A stretch of DNA of 47,837 nucleotides from an uncultured Pseudobutyrivibrio sp. (GCA_946548305.1 CAMNPQ010000001.1:1-47837), one strand, 5' to 3'. Positions 35,856 through 46,661 are shown, numbered from the stretch's first letter. Notes: generated from the sequence alone by a model not told the origin. Program-made: numbers and translations.

Positions 35856-37022
35856 TTACAAGTCATATGTATCTAAAAAGTGGTGTCTCACACCATCCTG
35901 CTTGTAGGCTATCACTGTAGCCAGGTTTACGTTTTCTACGCTTTTAAATATGTTTGATTCCACATATGGGTTGGTCTTTTTCAGCTGGGCAATCAGATTA
36001 CGAGTCTCTAAACGTTTGGAATTGCTAGTACCATCCACTGAACAGCTGTCACAGGTCTCAGTGAAATGACAGGCACATTGTAAGAAACGCAAGCCATTGT
36101 ACCGTTGCCATGCAATTATATCATCCTGCCGAACATAATAAAGCGGACGAATCAGTTCCATGCCTGGGAAATTTGTGGAGTGTAGCTTCGGCATCATTGT
36201 CTGAACCTGTGCTCCATAAAGCATTCCCATTAAAATAGTTTCTATAACATCATCATAATGATGTCCAAGTGCTATCTTATTACAGCCAAGCTCTTTCGCT
36301 TTAGAATACAAATGTCCACGGCGCATTCTAGCGCAAAGATAGCATGGATTTTTATCCACTGTATCTACTGCATCAAATATATCGCTTTCATAAACCACAA
36401 TCGGTATTCCCATTAGCTTTGCATTGCTTTCTATGAGACGCCTATTCACATCACTGTAGCCAGGATCCATCACCAAAAATGTCAGTTCAAAGTTCATTTT
36501 ACGATGACGCATTATTTCCTGGAAAAGCTTTGCCATAAGCATGGAATCCTTTCCACCAGAAATACATACGCAGATATGGTCTCCCTCTTTTATCAGCTGA
36601 TAATCCTTACAGGCTCTAGCGAATGGAGAAAAAATTGCCTTATGAAATTTTTTTCTAATACTTAGCTCTATCTGAGCCTGACGCTCCTGTATTTCCTTTG
36701 TATCACTATCATCCTGTTTGTCCATCATAGCAAGGAGATAACTGTTATAGCCACCTGAGAGGCTATATGCATCAAAACCATCTTCACATAAAAGCTGGGC
36801 ATCCTCTATTGAAACCTGCCCTCTGGTACAGTATAGAATTATTTTCTTATCCCTGTTGAGGCGAGACTCAACATCACCTATATCTAACTGAAATAGCTCA
36901 TGAGTAATGCTGATAGCGTCTGGAATCATGCCATATTTAAGAGCCCCCTCATTTCTAGTATCAATTAACATATAGGAGTCTTTTGACAAATCCTGCAATT
37001 CTTTATAGCTTATTTCTTTCAT
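35856..37022 (-). CDS. ttcA: Rhodanese-domain / TtcA-like tRNA 2-thiocytidine biosynthesis protein fusion
   Basis: N-terminal IDTR...LYCTRG..S...LSGG (rhodanese); then SGGKDS PP-loop, PCYLCARMRRG, IALGHHYDD, LIRPL and C-terminal cysteines. Confidence 0.82.
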   Translation of the reverse strand: MKEISYKELQDLSKDSYMLIDTRNEGALKYGMIPDAISITHELFQLDIGDVESRLNRDKKIILYCTRGQVSIEDAQLLCEDGFDAYSLSGGYNSYLLAMMDKQDDSDTKEIQERQAQIELSIRKKFHKAIFSPFARACKDYQLIKEGDHICVCISGGKDSMLMAKLFQEIMRHRKMNFELTFLVMDPGYSDVNRRLIESNAKLMGIPIVVYESDIFDAVDTVDKNPCYLCARMRRGHLYSKAKELGCNKIALGHHYDDVIETILMGMLYGAQVQTMMPKLHSTNFPGMELIRPLYYVRQDDIIAWQRYNGLRFLQCACHFTETCDSCSVDGTSNSKRLETRNLIAQLKKTNPYVESNIFKSVENVNLATVIAYKQDGVRHHFLDTYDL

Positions 37023-37090
37023 CTGATAATCCTTTATTAATAGAGTTTTGTGCTAGAAGCAAAGACAGTATAAACTAAAAATAACGTAAA

Positions 37091-37123
37091 TAAAAGGGGC
37101 TAATGGATATCCATCAGTCCCTC
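37091..37123 (-). terminator. Rho-independent terminator after the small ORF
   Basis: Minus strand AGGGACTGATGG-ATAT-CCATTAGCCCCTTTTATTT. Confidence 0.7.
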
Positions 37124-37135
37124 AAAATCGAATGT

Positions 37136-37273
37136 CTATTTTTGATTTACTCTAACAACCTTCATGGTATTGCGTGCAACGAATTCTGTCTGAATTCCTT
37201 TCCGCTGCAAATCCTCAGCTCTTCTGAATAAATCTTCAGCACTTGTACATGTGATGATTTCACCAACTGCCAT
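37136..37273 (-). CDS. Small hypothetical protein, 45 aa (not in ORF track)
   Basis: MAVGEIITCTSAEDLFRRAEDLQRKGIQTEFVARNTMKVVRVNQK; strong GGGGAGG RBS, candidate promoter and its own terminator. Confidence 0.7.
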   Translation of the reverse strand: MAVGEIITCTSAEDLFRRAEDLQRKGIQTEFVARNTMKVVRVNQK

Positions 37274-37358
37274 TTCACATTTCCTCCCCAGGATTAATAA
37301 TAGTATTTCGACTAAATTTTAAAACTGTATACAAAAGTACAATTTCGCGAACTCATTA

Positions 37359-37387
37359 ATACTAACTCCTTTTTACTAATTTGTCCA
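37359..37387 (-). promoter_or_regulatory. Candidate sigma-A promoter for the small ORF
   Basis: TGGACA-N17-TAGTAT on the minus strand; flanked by palindromes TGTATACA (37326-37333) and AATTGT-GT-ACAATT (37393-37406). Confidence 0.45.
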
Positions 37388-37448
37388 TAGGTAATTGTGT
37401 ACAATTTGTGAAAGTTGTATAAGTGCATTATCACCAAAACATTTTCTT

Positions 37449-38546
37449 TTATCTTTTTACTCTAGCTCCTGCGCCACCCATGATAGCTTCTACCTCGGCA
37501 CAAGTAGCCATGGTGGTGTCTCCCGGTGTAGTCATTGCAAGAGCGCCATGAGCAGTACCGTACTCAACTGCCTTTGCTGCATCACCTGTGGTCATAAGAC
37601 CGTATACCAGTCCAGATGCGAATGAATCTCCCCCGCCTACTCTGTCTAGTATTTCAAGTCCTTTATAATCCTTTGCTTTATGAATCTTTCCATCTGCCCA
37701 GCAAAGTGCAGACCAGTCATTTACTGTAGCTGTCTTTACTGTACGAAGTGTTGTTGCAACCACTTTGAAATTAGGATAAACCTTTGCTGCCTCATCAATC
37801 ATCTTTTTATAACCATCAATATTTAGTTCCTTGAGGTTGGCATCATTTCCTTCGATTTCAAAGCCCAGGCATGCTGTAAAGTCCTCCTCATTGCCAATCA
37901 TTACATCCACATACTTGGCAATCTCTTTGTTGACCTCCTGAGCCTTTGCCTGTCCACCTATAGCAGACCACATTGATGCACGGTAATTTAAATCATAAGA
38001 AACAACTGTACCATACTTTTTAGCTGTCTTGATTGCTTCTACAACAGTTTCTGCTGACTGCTCAGATAAAGCAGCGTAAATACCGCCTGTGTGGAACCAT
38101 CTGACTCCCAATTCACCAAAGATATAGTCAAAATCAAAATCTTTATTAGTTGCCTGTGAAATAGCAGTATTAGCCCTGTCAGAGCAGCTTAAAGCGCCTC
38201 TGATACCAAAGCCTCTCTCAACAAAATTGAGACCATTTCTGCATTCTCTTCCAATGCCATCTGTCTTTTTCCAGTTGATAAGAGCTGTGTCAACACCACC
38301 CTGCAAGATAAAATCCTCCACAAGATGTCCCACTTCATTATCAGCAAATGAAGTGATAACAGCTGTATTCATACCAAAGCATCTGCGAAGTCCACGGATA
38401 ACATTATATTCTCCGCCTCCTTCCCAAACCTTAAATTCTCTGGCTGTGCGGATTCTGCCTTCACCTGGGTCAAATCTAAGCATAACCTCCCCTAGAGAAA
38501 CCGCATCATATTTACAATCCTTTTTTTCTCTTAAATTTAAATTCAT
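37449..38546 (-). CDS. kdgK: 2-keto-3-deoxygluconate kinase (PfkB family)
   Basis: GEVMLR, GGGEYNV, YDLNYR, GNEED, DRVGGGDSFASG; uronate pathway context. Confidence 0.88.
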   Translation of the reverse strand: MNLNLREKKDCKYDAVSLGEVMLRFDPGEGRIRTAREFKVWEGGGEYNVIRGLRRCFGMNTAVITSFADNEVGHLVEDFILQGGVDTALINWKKTDGIGRECRNGLNFVERGFGIRGALSCSDRANTAISQATNKDFDFDYIFGELGVRWFHTGGIYAALSEQSAETVVEAIKTAKKYGTVVSYDLNYRASMWSAIGGQAKAQEVNKEIAKYVDVMIGNEEDFTACLGFEIEGNDANLKELNIDGYKKMIDEAAKVYPNFKVVATTLRTVKTATVNDWSALCWADGKIHKAKDYKGLEILDRVGGGDSFASGLVYGLMTTGDAAKAVEYGTAHGALAMTTPGDTTMATCAEVEAIMGGAGARVKR

Positions 38547-38570
38547 CTTAAGTTCTCCTTGTCATAGTCC

Positions 38571-38653
38571 GCATGTTACGCTTACAAGCCTAATCATTTC
38601 TTCACTCGACTATACGTCTCGTTCAGAAATATTAGAGCTTGTCAGCTACATGC
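38571..38653 (-). other. 83-nt imperfect hairpin with tandem GA mismatches (structured RNA or REP-like element)
   Basis: Seven paired segments: GCATGT/ACATGC, GCT/AGC, ACAAGC/GCTTGT, CTAAT/ATTAG, ATTTCT/AGAAAT, AC/GT, GAC/GTC; two internal loops read GA/GA on the minus strand. Confidence 0.7.
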
Positions 38654-38732
38654 TCATCTAAATATCATCATCATAATAAAAGCTTGTTAACTACATACTT
38701 ATAAAAAAGGCAATTACTATATCTTGATTTTA

Positions 38733-38750
38733 AGAGAGCAAAAACTCTCT
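38733..38750 (-). terminator. Weak hairpin after uxaC
   Basis: AGAGAG-N6-CTCTCT located 12 nt after the uxaC stop; poor U-tract. Confidence 0.35.
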
Positions 38751-38762
38751 CCTACGTTTTGG

Positions 38763-40163
<1,401 letters not shown>

Positions 40164-40165
40164 TC

Positions 40166-41014
40166 TTATACCCCACTGTACGCTGAAAAACCGCCGTCAA
40201 TAGGAATAACTACACCAGTTACAAAGCTGGCCATTTTCTCATTTAATAAGTAAAGCAATGTGCCATTTAACTCCTCTGCCTCACCAAAGCGTCCCATAGG
40301 TGTAGCTGCAAGGATTTTTTCTGTACGTGGTGTTGGAGAGCCATCCTCATTGAAAAGCAAATCCTTGTTTTGTGCTGTTACAAAAAATCCTGGAGCTATT
40401 GCATTTACACGAATGCCTTCCTTTGAAAAATGAACTGCAAGCCACTGGGTAAAGTTGCTGATAGCAGCCTTTGCTCCAGAATATGCTGGAATCTTTGTGA
40501 GTGGTGTGTATGCATTCATTGAAGAAATATTGATAATAGAGCAATTTTTCTTGCCTATCATATCCTTTGCAAATACCTGTGTTGGAAGTAATGTGCCAAT
40601 AAAATTCAGGTTAAATACAAACTCTACGCCGCTTTGGTCAAGGTCGAAAAAGCTGACTGTATCCTTGTCAAGCTCATCACCTGCGTAGAAATATTCCTTG
40701 TCTGTGTTTGCTCTTTTATTATTTCCACCAGCTCCGTTCAGTAAAATGTCGCATGGACCAAGGTCTGCAAGCACCTGCTCATGTACTGCATTCAGGCTTT
40801 CCTTGTCAAGCACGTTTGTCTTGTAGCCCTTTGCAGTGCCGCCCATTGCATTAATCTCATCAGCAAATTTGCATGCCATCTCCTCGTTTAAATCAAGAAG
40901 AGCAACCTTTGCTCCAGCCTGAGCCAGGGTCTTTGCAAACATACTGCAAAGCACTCCACCGGCTCCTGTTACAACTGCTACCTTATCCTTTAAATCGATT
41001 TCATAATTTCCCAT
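40166..41014 (-). CDS. uxuB: SDR-family D-mannonate oxidoreductase (fructuronate reductase)
   Basis: VTGAGGVLC, NGAGGN, ISSMNA..PLTKIPAYSGAK, NAIAPGFF; lies between uxuA and uxaC. Confidence 0.85.
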   Translation of the reverse strand: MGNYEIDLKDKVAVVTGAGGVLCSMFAKTLAQAGAKVALLDLNEEMACKFADEINAMGGTAKGYKTNVLDKESLNAVHEQVLADLGPCDILLNGAGGNNKRANTDKEYFYAGDELDKDTVSFFDLDQSGVEFVFNLNFIGTLLPTQVFAKDMIGKKNCSIINISSMNAYTPLTKIPAYSGAKAAISNFTQWLAVHFSKEGIRVNAIAPGFFVTAQNKDLLFNEDGSPTPRTEKILAATPMGRFGEAEELNGTLLYLLNEKMASFVTGVVIPIDGGFSAYSGV

Positions 41015-41041
41015 TTTTCTTTCCTTCTTTCCTATCTTTTA

Positions 41042-42109
41042 TTATTTATTTGCTTTTTCAATAGCTTCCCACAATCCATTAATATAAGTAGCACCAAGTG
41101 CTCTATCATAAAGTCCGTAGCCTGGCATTGCCTTTTCGCCCCAAATCATACGTCCGTGGTCTGGACGGATTGGTCCTGTAAATCCTATATCATAAAGAGC
41201 CTTTACTATTTCGTACATATCAAAGCTTCCATCGCTTGAAAGATGTGCTGCCTCCTCGAAATCAGTAGGTGTGTTGAATTTCAAATTTCTAACATGTGCA
41301 AAATGAATACGTCCCTTGAGGCTTCTGATCATATCCGGCAAATCATTTTCCAGGTTTGTGCCATAAGAGCCTGAACAGAATGTAACACCATTATGTGGAT
41401 TATCCACCATCTTTGTCATCCTAAGGATATTCTCCTTGTTGATGATGATTCTAGGAAGACCAAATACTGGCCAGGCTGGATCATCAGGATGAATTGCCAT
41501 ATTAATGTCGTATTTGTCACATACAGGCATTATTTTCTCCAGGAAATATTTAAGATTTGCAAATAAATCCTCATCTGTTACTCCCTTGTATTCCTCAAAA
41601 AGTTCCTTTACATGTGCCAGTCTGTCTGGCTCCCAGCCTGGCATTACAGAACCATTCATATCTCCAGAGATTGAATTGAACATCTCCTCTGGCACAAGTG
41701 CATCTACAGCTTCCTGTGTGTATGCAAGCACTGTGGAACCATCGGGTCTTTTTCTTGCAAGCTCTGTTCTGGTCCAGTCAAACACTGGCATAAAGTTGTA
41801 GCAAACAAGGTGAATATCTTCTTTTCCAAGATTTTCAAGTGTCTCAATATAGTTTTCAATAAGCTGGTCACGGCTTGGCTTTCCCAGCTTGATATCCTCA
41901 TGTACATTTACACTTTCAATACCTGCCACCTTAAGCCCTGCTGCTTCTACCTCAGCCTTCATTGCCTTAATACGGTCACGAGACCATACCTCACCTGGCT
42001 TTGTGTCATATAATGTGGTGATAACACCTGTGACTCCAGGTATCTGTCTAATCTGTTCAAGTGTTACGGTATCAAAATCCTTACCGTACCATCTAAGTGT
42101 CATTTCCAT
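41042..42109 (-). CDS. uxuA: Mannonate dehydratase
   Basis: MTLRWYG, ESVNVHEDIK, CYNFMPVFDWTRT, HPDDP, HFAHVRN, RPDHGR, GYGLYDRALG. Confidence 0.97.
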   Translation of the reverse strand: MEMTLRWYGKDFDTVTLEQIRQIPGVTGVITTLYDTKPGEVWSRDRIKAMKAEVEAAGLKVAGIESVNVHEDIKLGKPSRDQLIENYIETLENLGKEDIHLVCYNFMPVFDWTRTELARKRPDGSTVLAYTQEAVDALVPEEMFNSISGDMNGSVMPGWEPDRLAHVKELFEEYKGVTDEDLFANLKYFLEKIMPVCDKYDINMAIHPDDPAWPVFGLPRIIINKENILRMTKMVDNPHNGVTFCSGSYGTNLENDLPDMIRSLKGRIHFAHVRNLKFNTPTDFEEAAHLSSDGSFDMYEIVKALYDIGFTGPIRPDHGRMIWGEKAMPGYGLYDRALGATYINGLWEAIEKANK

Positions 42110-42124
42110 TTCTAATTCCTCCTT

Positions 42125-42148
42125 GTTCGCAAGTTACGCCAACATGCT
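42125..42148 (-). repeat. Truncated copy of the 38571 hairpin ends
   Basis: GTTCGCAAGTTACGC-CA-ACATGCT compared with GTCCGCATGTTACGC...ACATGCT at 38567-38654. Confidence 0.5.
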
Positions 42149-42150
42149 AT

Positions 42151-42795
42151 TTATCTTCCTCGCACCTTTTTTACGATTTCAGCTGCTTCACGGGTTAATT
42201 CTTCAATTTTGGCGAAGTCGCCATTTTCAATCAAATCACCTTTTACCATCCATGTGCCGCCGCAGGCAACAATGCGATCATATGCCAGGTATTCACCCAC
42301 ATTTTCTTTGTTGATGCCACCTGTAGGCATGAATTTAAGTCCTACATAAGGAGCTGCAACAGCCTTTATCATTTTTAACCCGCCTGCTGGCTCTGCTGGG
42401 AAAAACTTTACAAAATCAAGCCCTAATTCAATTGCCTGCTCCATCTCACTAGGTGTTTGAGTTCCTGGGCATACTGGATATCCTTTTTTAATGCAATGCT
42501 TTACAACTGTTGGGTTAAATCCAGGAGCTACTATAAATTTAGCTCCTGCTGCCATTGCTCTGTCAGCCTGCTCACAAGTTAAAACTGTGCCTGCTCCCAC
42601 CAGCATATCAGGGAATTCCTTTGCCATAATTCTGATAGATTCCTCTGCTGCGGCTGTTCTAAACGTAACCTCTGCTGCAGGAAGTCCTCCCTTCATGAGA
42701 GCGTCTCCCAATGCCTTTGCATCTTTTGCATCTTCGAGAACAACAACAGGAATAATACCGATTTTTTCAAATTTTTCCTTTATCTCATCGAACAT
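42151..42795 (-). CDS. eda: KDPG/KHG aldolase
   Basis: IIPVV, EVTFRT, VGAGTV, FIVAPG, KFFPA, FMPTGG. Confidence 0.95.
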   Translation of the reverse strand: MFDEIKEKFEKIGIIPVVVLEDAKDAKALGDALMKGGLPAAEVTFRTAAAEESIRIMAKEFPDMLVGAGTVLTCEQADRAMAAGAKFIVAPGFNPTVVKHCIKKGYPVCPGTQTPSEMEQAIELGLDFVKFFPAEPAGGLKMIKAVAAPYVGLKFMPTGGINKENVGEYLAYDRIVACGGTWMVKGDLIENGDFAKIEELTREAAEIVKKVRGR

Positions 42796-42807
42796 TTTCT
42801 TTTCTCC

Positions 42808-42828
42808 TTGCTTTTGCTTTTGCTTTTG
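42808..42828. repeat. Hexamer tandem repeat (TTGCTT) x3.5 abutting the eda RBS
   Basis: Minus strand reads CAAAAG CAAAAG CAAAAG CAAGGAG. Confidence 0.7.
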
Positions 42829-42949
42829 ATGATTACATCATAACCCCATCCTAAAATTTCTCCCATTGTCAGGGTTGCTGAGGACATTGCAATTTTTGCG
42901 GTTGTATGGTAATTTGAATTTAAAATGATATTAAAACAGGAGTGATTTC

Positions 42950-43828
42950 ATGAAGAAAAATCTAAAATCAGAATTTAGTACAAGACAATATATGCTATCC
43001 CGTGATTTTGAAATATTCTATTACAGTGACAGTAAAATTCCTGATGTGAATGCCCACTCCCACGACTATTTTGAATTTTATTTTTTCATTGATGGACATA
43101 TCATCATGCATATCGACGAAAAAGAATTTACCCCAAGCACTGGCACACTTGTTATCATCCCTCCAAAGATGAAGCATTTTGTCAGATTGGTGGATTATGC
43201 CATCCCTTATAGACGTTTTGTGTTCTGGCTCACAAAGGATTTTCTTGATACCCTCGCAAATATTTCCCAGGACTACAACTATCTGGCTGACAAAACTGAA
43301 CCTGACAAGTTTTTCATTCATAAATTTACTGATATTGAATTTAACACGATTCAGGGAAAGGGCTTTACCCTTATAGATGAAATTCATTCAAACAGATTTG
43401 GAAAAGAAGCAAAGATTTTGCTTTCTGTAAGTGATTTTATCCTGACAATAAACCGTATGGTCTATGAAAGTCTCGCCCCATCAACTTTAGAGGATACCAG
43501 CGACTCTTTGTACCAAAGTATTGTGCAGTATATAGAAAATCATATAGATGAAGAGTTGACCTTAGATGTGCTTTCCGACACCCTTCATGTGAGCAAATTC
43601 CACATCTCCCACATTTTTACTGATATAAATGGAATGTCACTTCATAAATACATAACAAAAAAGCGCCTTGAAATGTGCAAAGACGCTATTTTAAGTGGGC
43701 AGGATATTTCTATTGTTGCCCAGTCCTATGGCTTTTTAGACTATTCTGTTTTCTACCGTGCATTTGTCAAAGAATATGGCAAAGCTCCTAAAAAATTCCG
43801 AGATGAAATCCTTAGGAGCTCTACCTGA
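42950..43828 (+). CDS. AraC-family regulator with N-terminal cupin domain
   Basis: HSHDYFEFYFF...IPPKMKH cupin; C-terminal HTH GFLDYSVFYRAFVKEYGKAPKKFR; divergent from eda. Confidence 0.93.
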   Translation: MKKNLKSEFSTRQYMLSRDFEIFYYSDSKIPDVNAHSHDYFEFYFFIDGHIIMHIDEKEFTPSTGTLVIIPPKMKHFVRLVDYAIPYRRFVFWLTKDFLDTLANISQDYNYLADKTEPDKFFIHKFTDIEFNTIQGKGFTLIDEIHSNRFGKEAKILLSVSDFILTINRMVYESLAPSTLEDTSDSLYQSIVQYIENHIDEELTLDVLSDTLHVSKFHISHIFTDINGMSLHKYITKKRLEMCKDAILSGQDISIVAQSYGFLDYSVFYRAFVKEYGKAPKKFRDEILRSST

Positions 43829-43836
43829 AGCTATTC

Positions 43837-46530
43837 CTAGCCTTTATAAATATTTACATTTCCTGTGATTCCACTGCCAAGTTTTGGCTCTGACTTTGGT
43901 CTGCCAAACATATCTGGAACCTTTAGCATTTCACGCTCTAAGGTGGTGGCAATCTCAATGCGTATATTGTTCTCACCAGCTACAATATAATCTGAAATAT
44001 CAAATACAAATGGTGGGTAAATACCTGTGCCAACCTTCTTGTCATTAATGTACAGTGTCAGCACCTCCACTGCATCTGTCACTTCAAGATAATATTTGCC
44101 GCCTTCTGGGGCTGTAAAAGTATTTTCATATTTAAGCCAGCCGGAAAATTCTGCGTCCACCTTGGCATAATCATCTGGTAGGTTCACTTTAGTGCTTTCA
44201 CCAAATTTTGGATAATCAATGCTCTTTACTATGCTTCGTGTCCAAGAGCCAGTTACATCAACACTGGTTGCATTTTCAGGGACAGACACCTCAGAAACTA
44301 CAGCAGAAGCTAACAGCTTTTCATCAGCAGCGTCCTTTGGAACAATTATAAATTTAGAAGTGCCTGGGATAAGTGTAATATTTCCCTTTCCATCATTAAA
44401 TTTTGCGTCATAAATGCAGTTATTCCAAGCATCATAAATATAAAGCTTCTTTCCTGCAATCTCAGAATATTTTCCTGTGATTGTAAGGCTTCCTGTGTAG
44501 GCATCAGTACCTTCATTCACCAGCATGTAAATATCTGTGTCATCCTTTACATAATGGTAATAACGTATATACGAATCAGCTTTATCAATAACAATATCTG
44601 CAAAATCAGAAACTGCTTTAGCCACCCTGTTGCGCTCTATGTTTTCTGCTGCATCCAAATCCTCTAATGTGACACCGTCACCAAGTATGGCTTCTGGCTT
44701 TCCATCCACGAAATACACTTTCACACCTGCATTTAAAAGCTCCTTGATACCTGCTGCAAAGCTTTCAGAAATAAACTGGGCATAAGGGATAAGCACTGCT
44801 TTATAGCTTTGGGTATTTACTGTGAATGTGCCGTTTGATATGGCTGTATGCCACTCATCCTTTTCAATAAACACATCCTGAGGAACAATATCACATTCAA
44901 TCTGGTTTTCTACAAGCACTCTTGTCACCAGCTCGTCTGCCAGGCATTTTCCAGTCCATTCTGCCTCTCCATGATACATTACTGCTACAGGAGAAACATG
45001 ACGCCCACCAGAAATCAATTCGCAGCTACGATTCATATAGGTCATGAGCTCTCCAAAAGCCTTGTACTCCGGGTTGTGTCCATGAGCGTAAAAATGTGGT
45101 GGACAATCCGGGTCAGGGAATGCCTTGGCACTGAAAGCATGAGGCACAAAATGGTTAATACCTCTTACCATAAAATGGTCTGCCAAATACTTTTCAAGTC
45201 TTAGACCTTCTTCCCAGCCGTATGCACCAAAGATTTCACACATAGAATTGCCAGCTTTTTTATCGTCCAAGGCTGCCAGAGAATTTGCCAGCTTGCCCAG
45301 TAGGAAGTGATAAAACTCTCCATTTCTCACCTGGAATGGACCTCTGTCGAAGCTATCATTTTCACCCTGAGGATATACCTGTCCTCCTATATCATCAATA
45401 CCTGAAAAATCCTGTCCCTTTAGACCTCTGAAATAGTGTCCTAATGTGGAGCCTGTTCTGCAGTGCTGACCATTATCCTCAATCAAATGTCCGATGTATT
45501 TAACTCCGTGCGCTCTACACCAATCTCCTAACTGATATGAAAAATTCTTTTCCACCAGCTTTGTCATAGCATTCATATATGTAAGCTTTGCACCGGCTCT
45601 TTTTTTCTCATCCCCTTCAGTCTCCCAAACTAATGGAAGAACAGCTGAGAAATCATCACCTAATTCAGCCTTTAAATTATCCCACAACTCCTGCGACCAT
45701 GGATAATCCATATCAAAGCCAATGCCCACCTCACCGTGTAAATCATATAAATGACCATTTCCAAGCTCTGGCTCATCCGAGAAAAATCCCTCTATTACAC
45801 TGCCAAACAGATCTTTATAATGTGCATAGTGTTTCTCGTAAACCTCATCCACAAGAACCCTAACAGAAGCTTCATCAATCATATTTATATAATTAGGATG
45901 TGCTCCTCTGTTTCGTGTAGCGTTCATTTTATAAACCACACCATCTGCAGCTGGTACAAAAGAAAGCGAGCCATCTTCATTTAGCTGTGACGATAAGTCC
46001 ATACTGGTGCCATCCTCTAAAACAGCAGAAATTCCCACCAATTCATCATCATCAAACTGGGACTGTTCCTTGAAATCCAGCTTGCTATGTGTCATCTGAG
46101 CAATAAGCTTTTCATTATCAGTTGCAACTCTTTCAGTTGGATGCTTTACCTCCTCAGAAGAAAGCTCAAAGGCTTCACCAGCCTTAATCTGATACTTTGC
46201 GCAACAAATACTTTTTCTAGCCTTTGAAAGAGGCTGATTTTCCATAGCTCCATTTGCAAATCCAGTAGGAAAATGGCTGTCATCTAAAATCCATACCTTC
46301 ATACCTCGCTTTTTTGCTTCGTCCAAAATAACATCCATATCCTGCCACCATTTATCTCCGCAAAAATCAGGATGAGGACGACTCTCCACACAAACTGCTC
46401 CAATGTTTGCTTCATTGATTGCCTGCATGTATTCTCTAAGTGTTGCTTCATCCTCTCCATGCTGCCAGAAAAATGGCAATATATAGTTTTCGTACTTATC
46501 ATTAATAATGTTTTCGATTACCTTTGACAT
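43837..46530 (-). CDS. GH106-like glycoside hydrolase (putative alpha-L-rhamnosidase)
   Basis: ILPFFWQHGE, VESRPH, WILDDSHFPTG, FFSDEP, GHLIED, CEIFGAYGW, GINHFVPHAF; C-terminal beta-sandwich (PPFVFDIS...GENNIRIEI). Substrate uncertain. Confidence 0.7.
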   Translation of the reverse strand: MSKVIENIINDKYENYILPFFWQHGEDEATLREYMQAINEANIGAVCVESRPHPDFCGDKWWQDMDVILDEAKKRGMKVWILDDSHFPTGFANGAMENQPLSKARKSICCAKYQIKAGEAFELSSEEVKHPTERVATDNEKLIAQMTHSKLDFKEQSQFDDDELVGISAVLEDGTSMDLSSQLNEDGSLSFVPAADGVVYKMNATRNRGAHPNYINMIDEASVRVLVDEVYEKHYAHYKDLFGSVIEGFFSDEPELGNGHLYDLHGEVGIGFDMDYPWSQELWDNLKAELGDDFSAVLPLVWETEGDEKKRAGAKLTYMNAMTKLVEKNFSYQLGDWCRAHGVKYIGHLIEDNGQHCRTGSTLGHYFRGLKGQDFSGIDDIGGQVYPQGENDSFDRGPFQVRNGEFYHFLLGKLANSLAALDDKKAGNSMCEIFGAYGWEEGLRLEKYLADHFMVRGINHFVPHAFSAKAFPDPDCPPHFYAHGHNPEYKAFGELMTYMNRSCELISGGRHVSPVAVMYHGEAEWTGKCLADELVTRVLVENQIECDIVPQDVFIEKDEWHTAISNGTFTVNTQSYKAVLIPYAQFISESFAAGIKELLNAGVKVYFVDGKPEAILGDGVTLEDLDAAENIERNRVAKAVSDFADIVIDKADSYIRYYHYVKDDTDIYMLVNEGTDAYTGSLTITGKYSEIAGKKLYIYDAWNNCIYDAKFNDGKGNITLIPGTSKFIIVPKDAADEKLLASAVVSEVSVPENATSVDVTGSWTRSIVKSIDYPKFGESTKVNLPDDYAKVDAEFSGWLKYENTFTAPEGGKYYLEVTDAVEVLTLYINDKKVGTGIYPPFVFDISDYIVAGENNIRIEIATTLEREMLKVPDMFGRPKSEPKLGSGITGNVNIYKG

Positions 46531-46661
46531 AACAACCTCCTAAAAAGATAATTCTAATAATAGTATTCTAAGGCATGTCTAAAAAAATAATAATCTCAAA
46601 ACTTAATGAATATATTGACCAAACTTCAGATTTGTGATTTGATATTTTTAGAGGTGAAATT

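Noticed and set aside
37406-37423. TTGTGAAAGTTGTATAAG as a Rex operator or cre site
   Set aside because: The second half-site deviates too far from either consensus
38711-38722. CAATTACTATAT, identical to 3470-3481
   Set aside because: A 12-bp AT-rich match without the same spacing to a -10 box; may be chance
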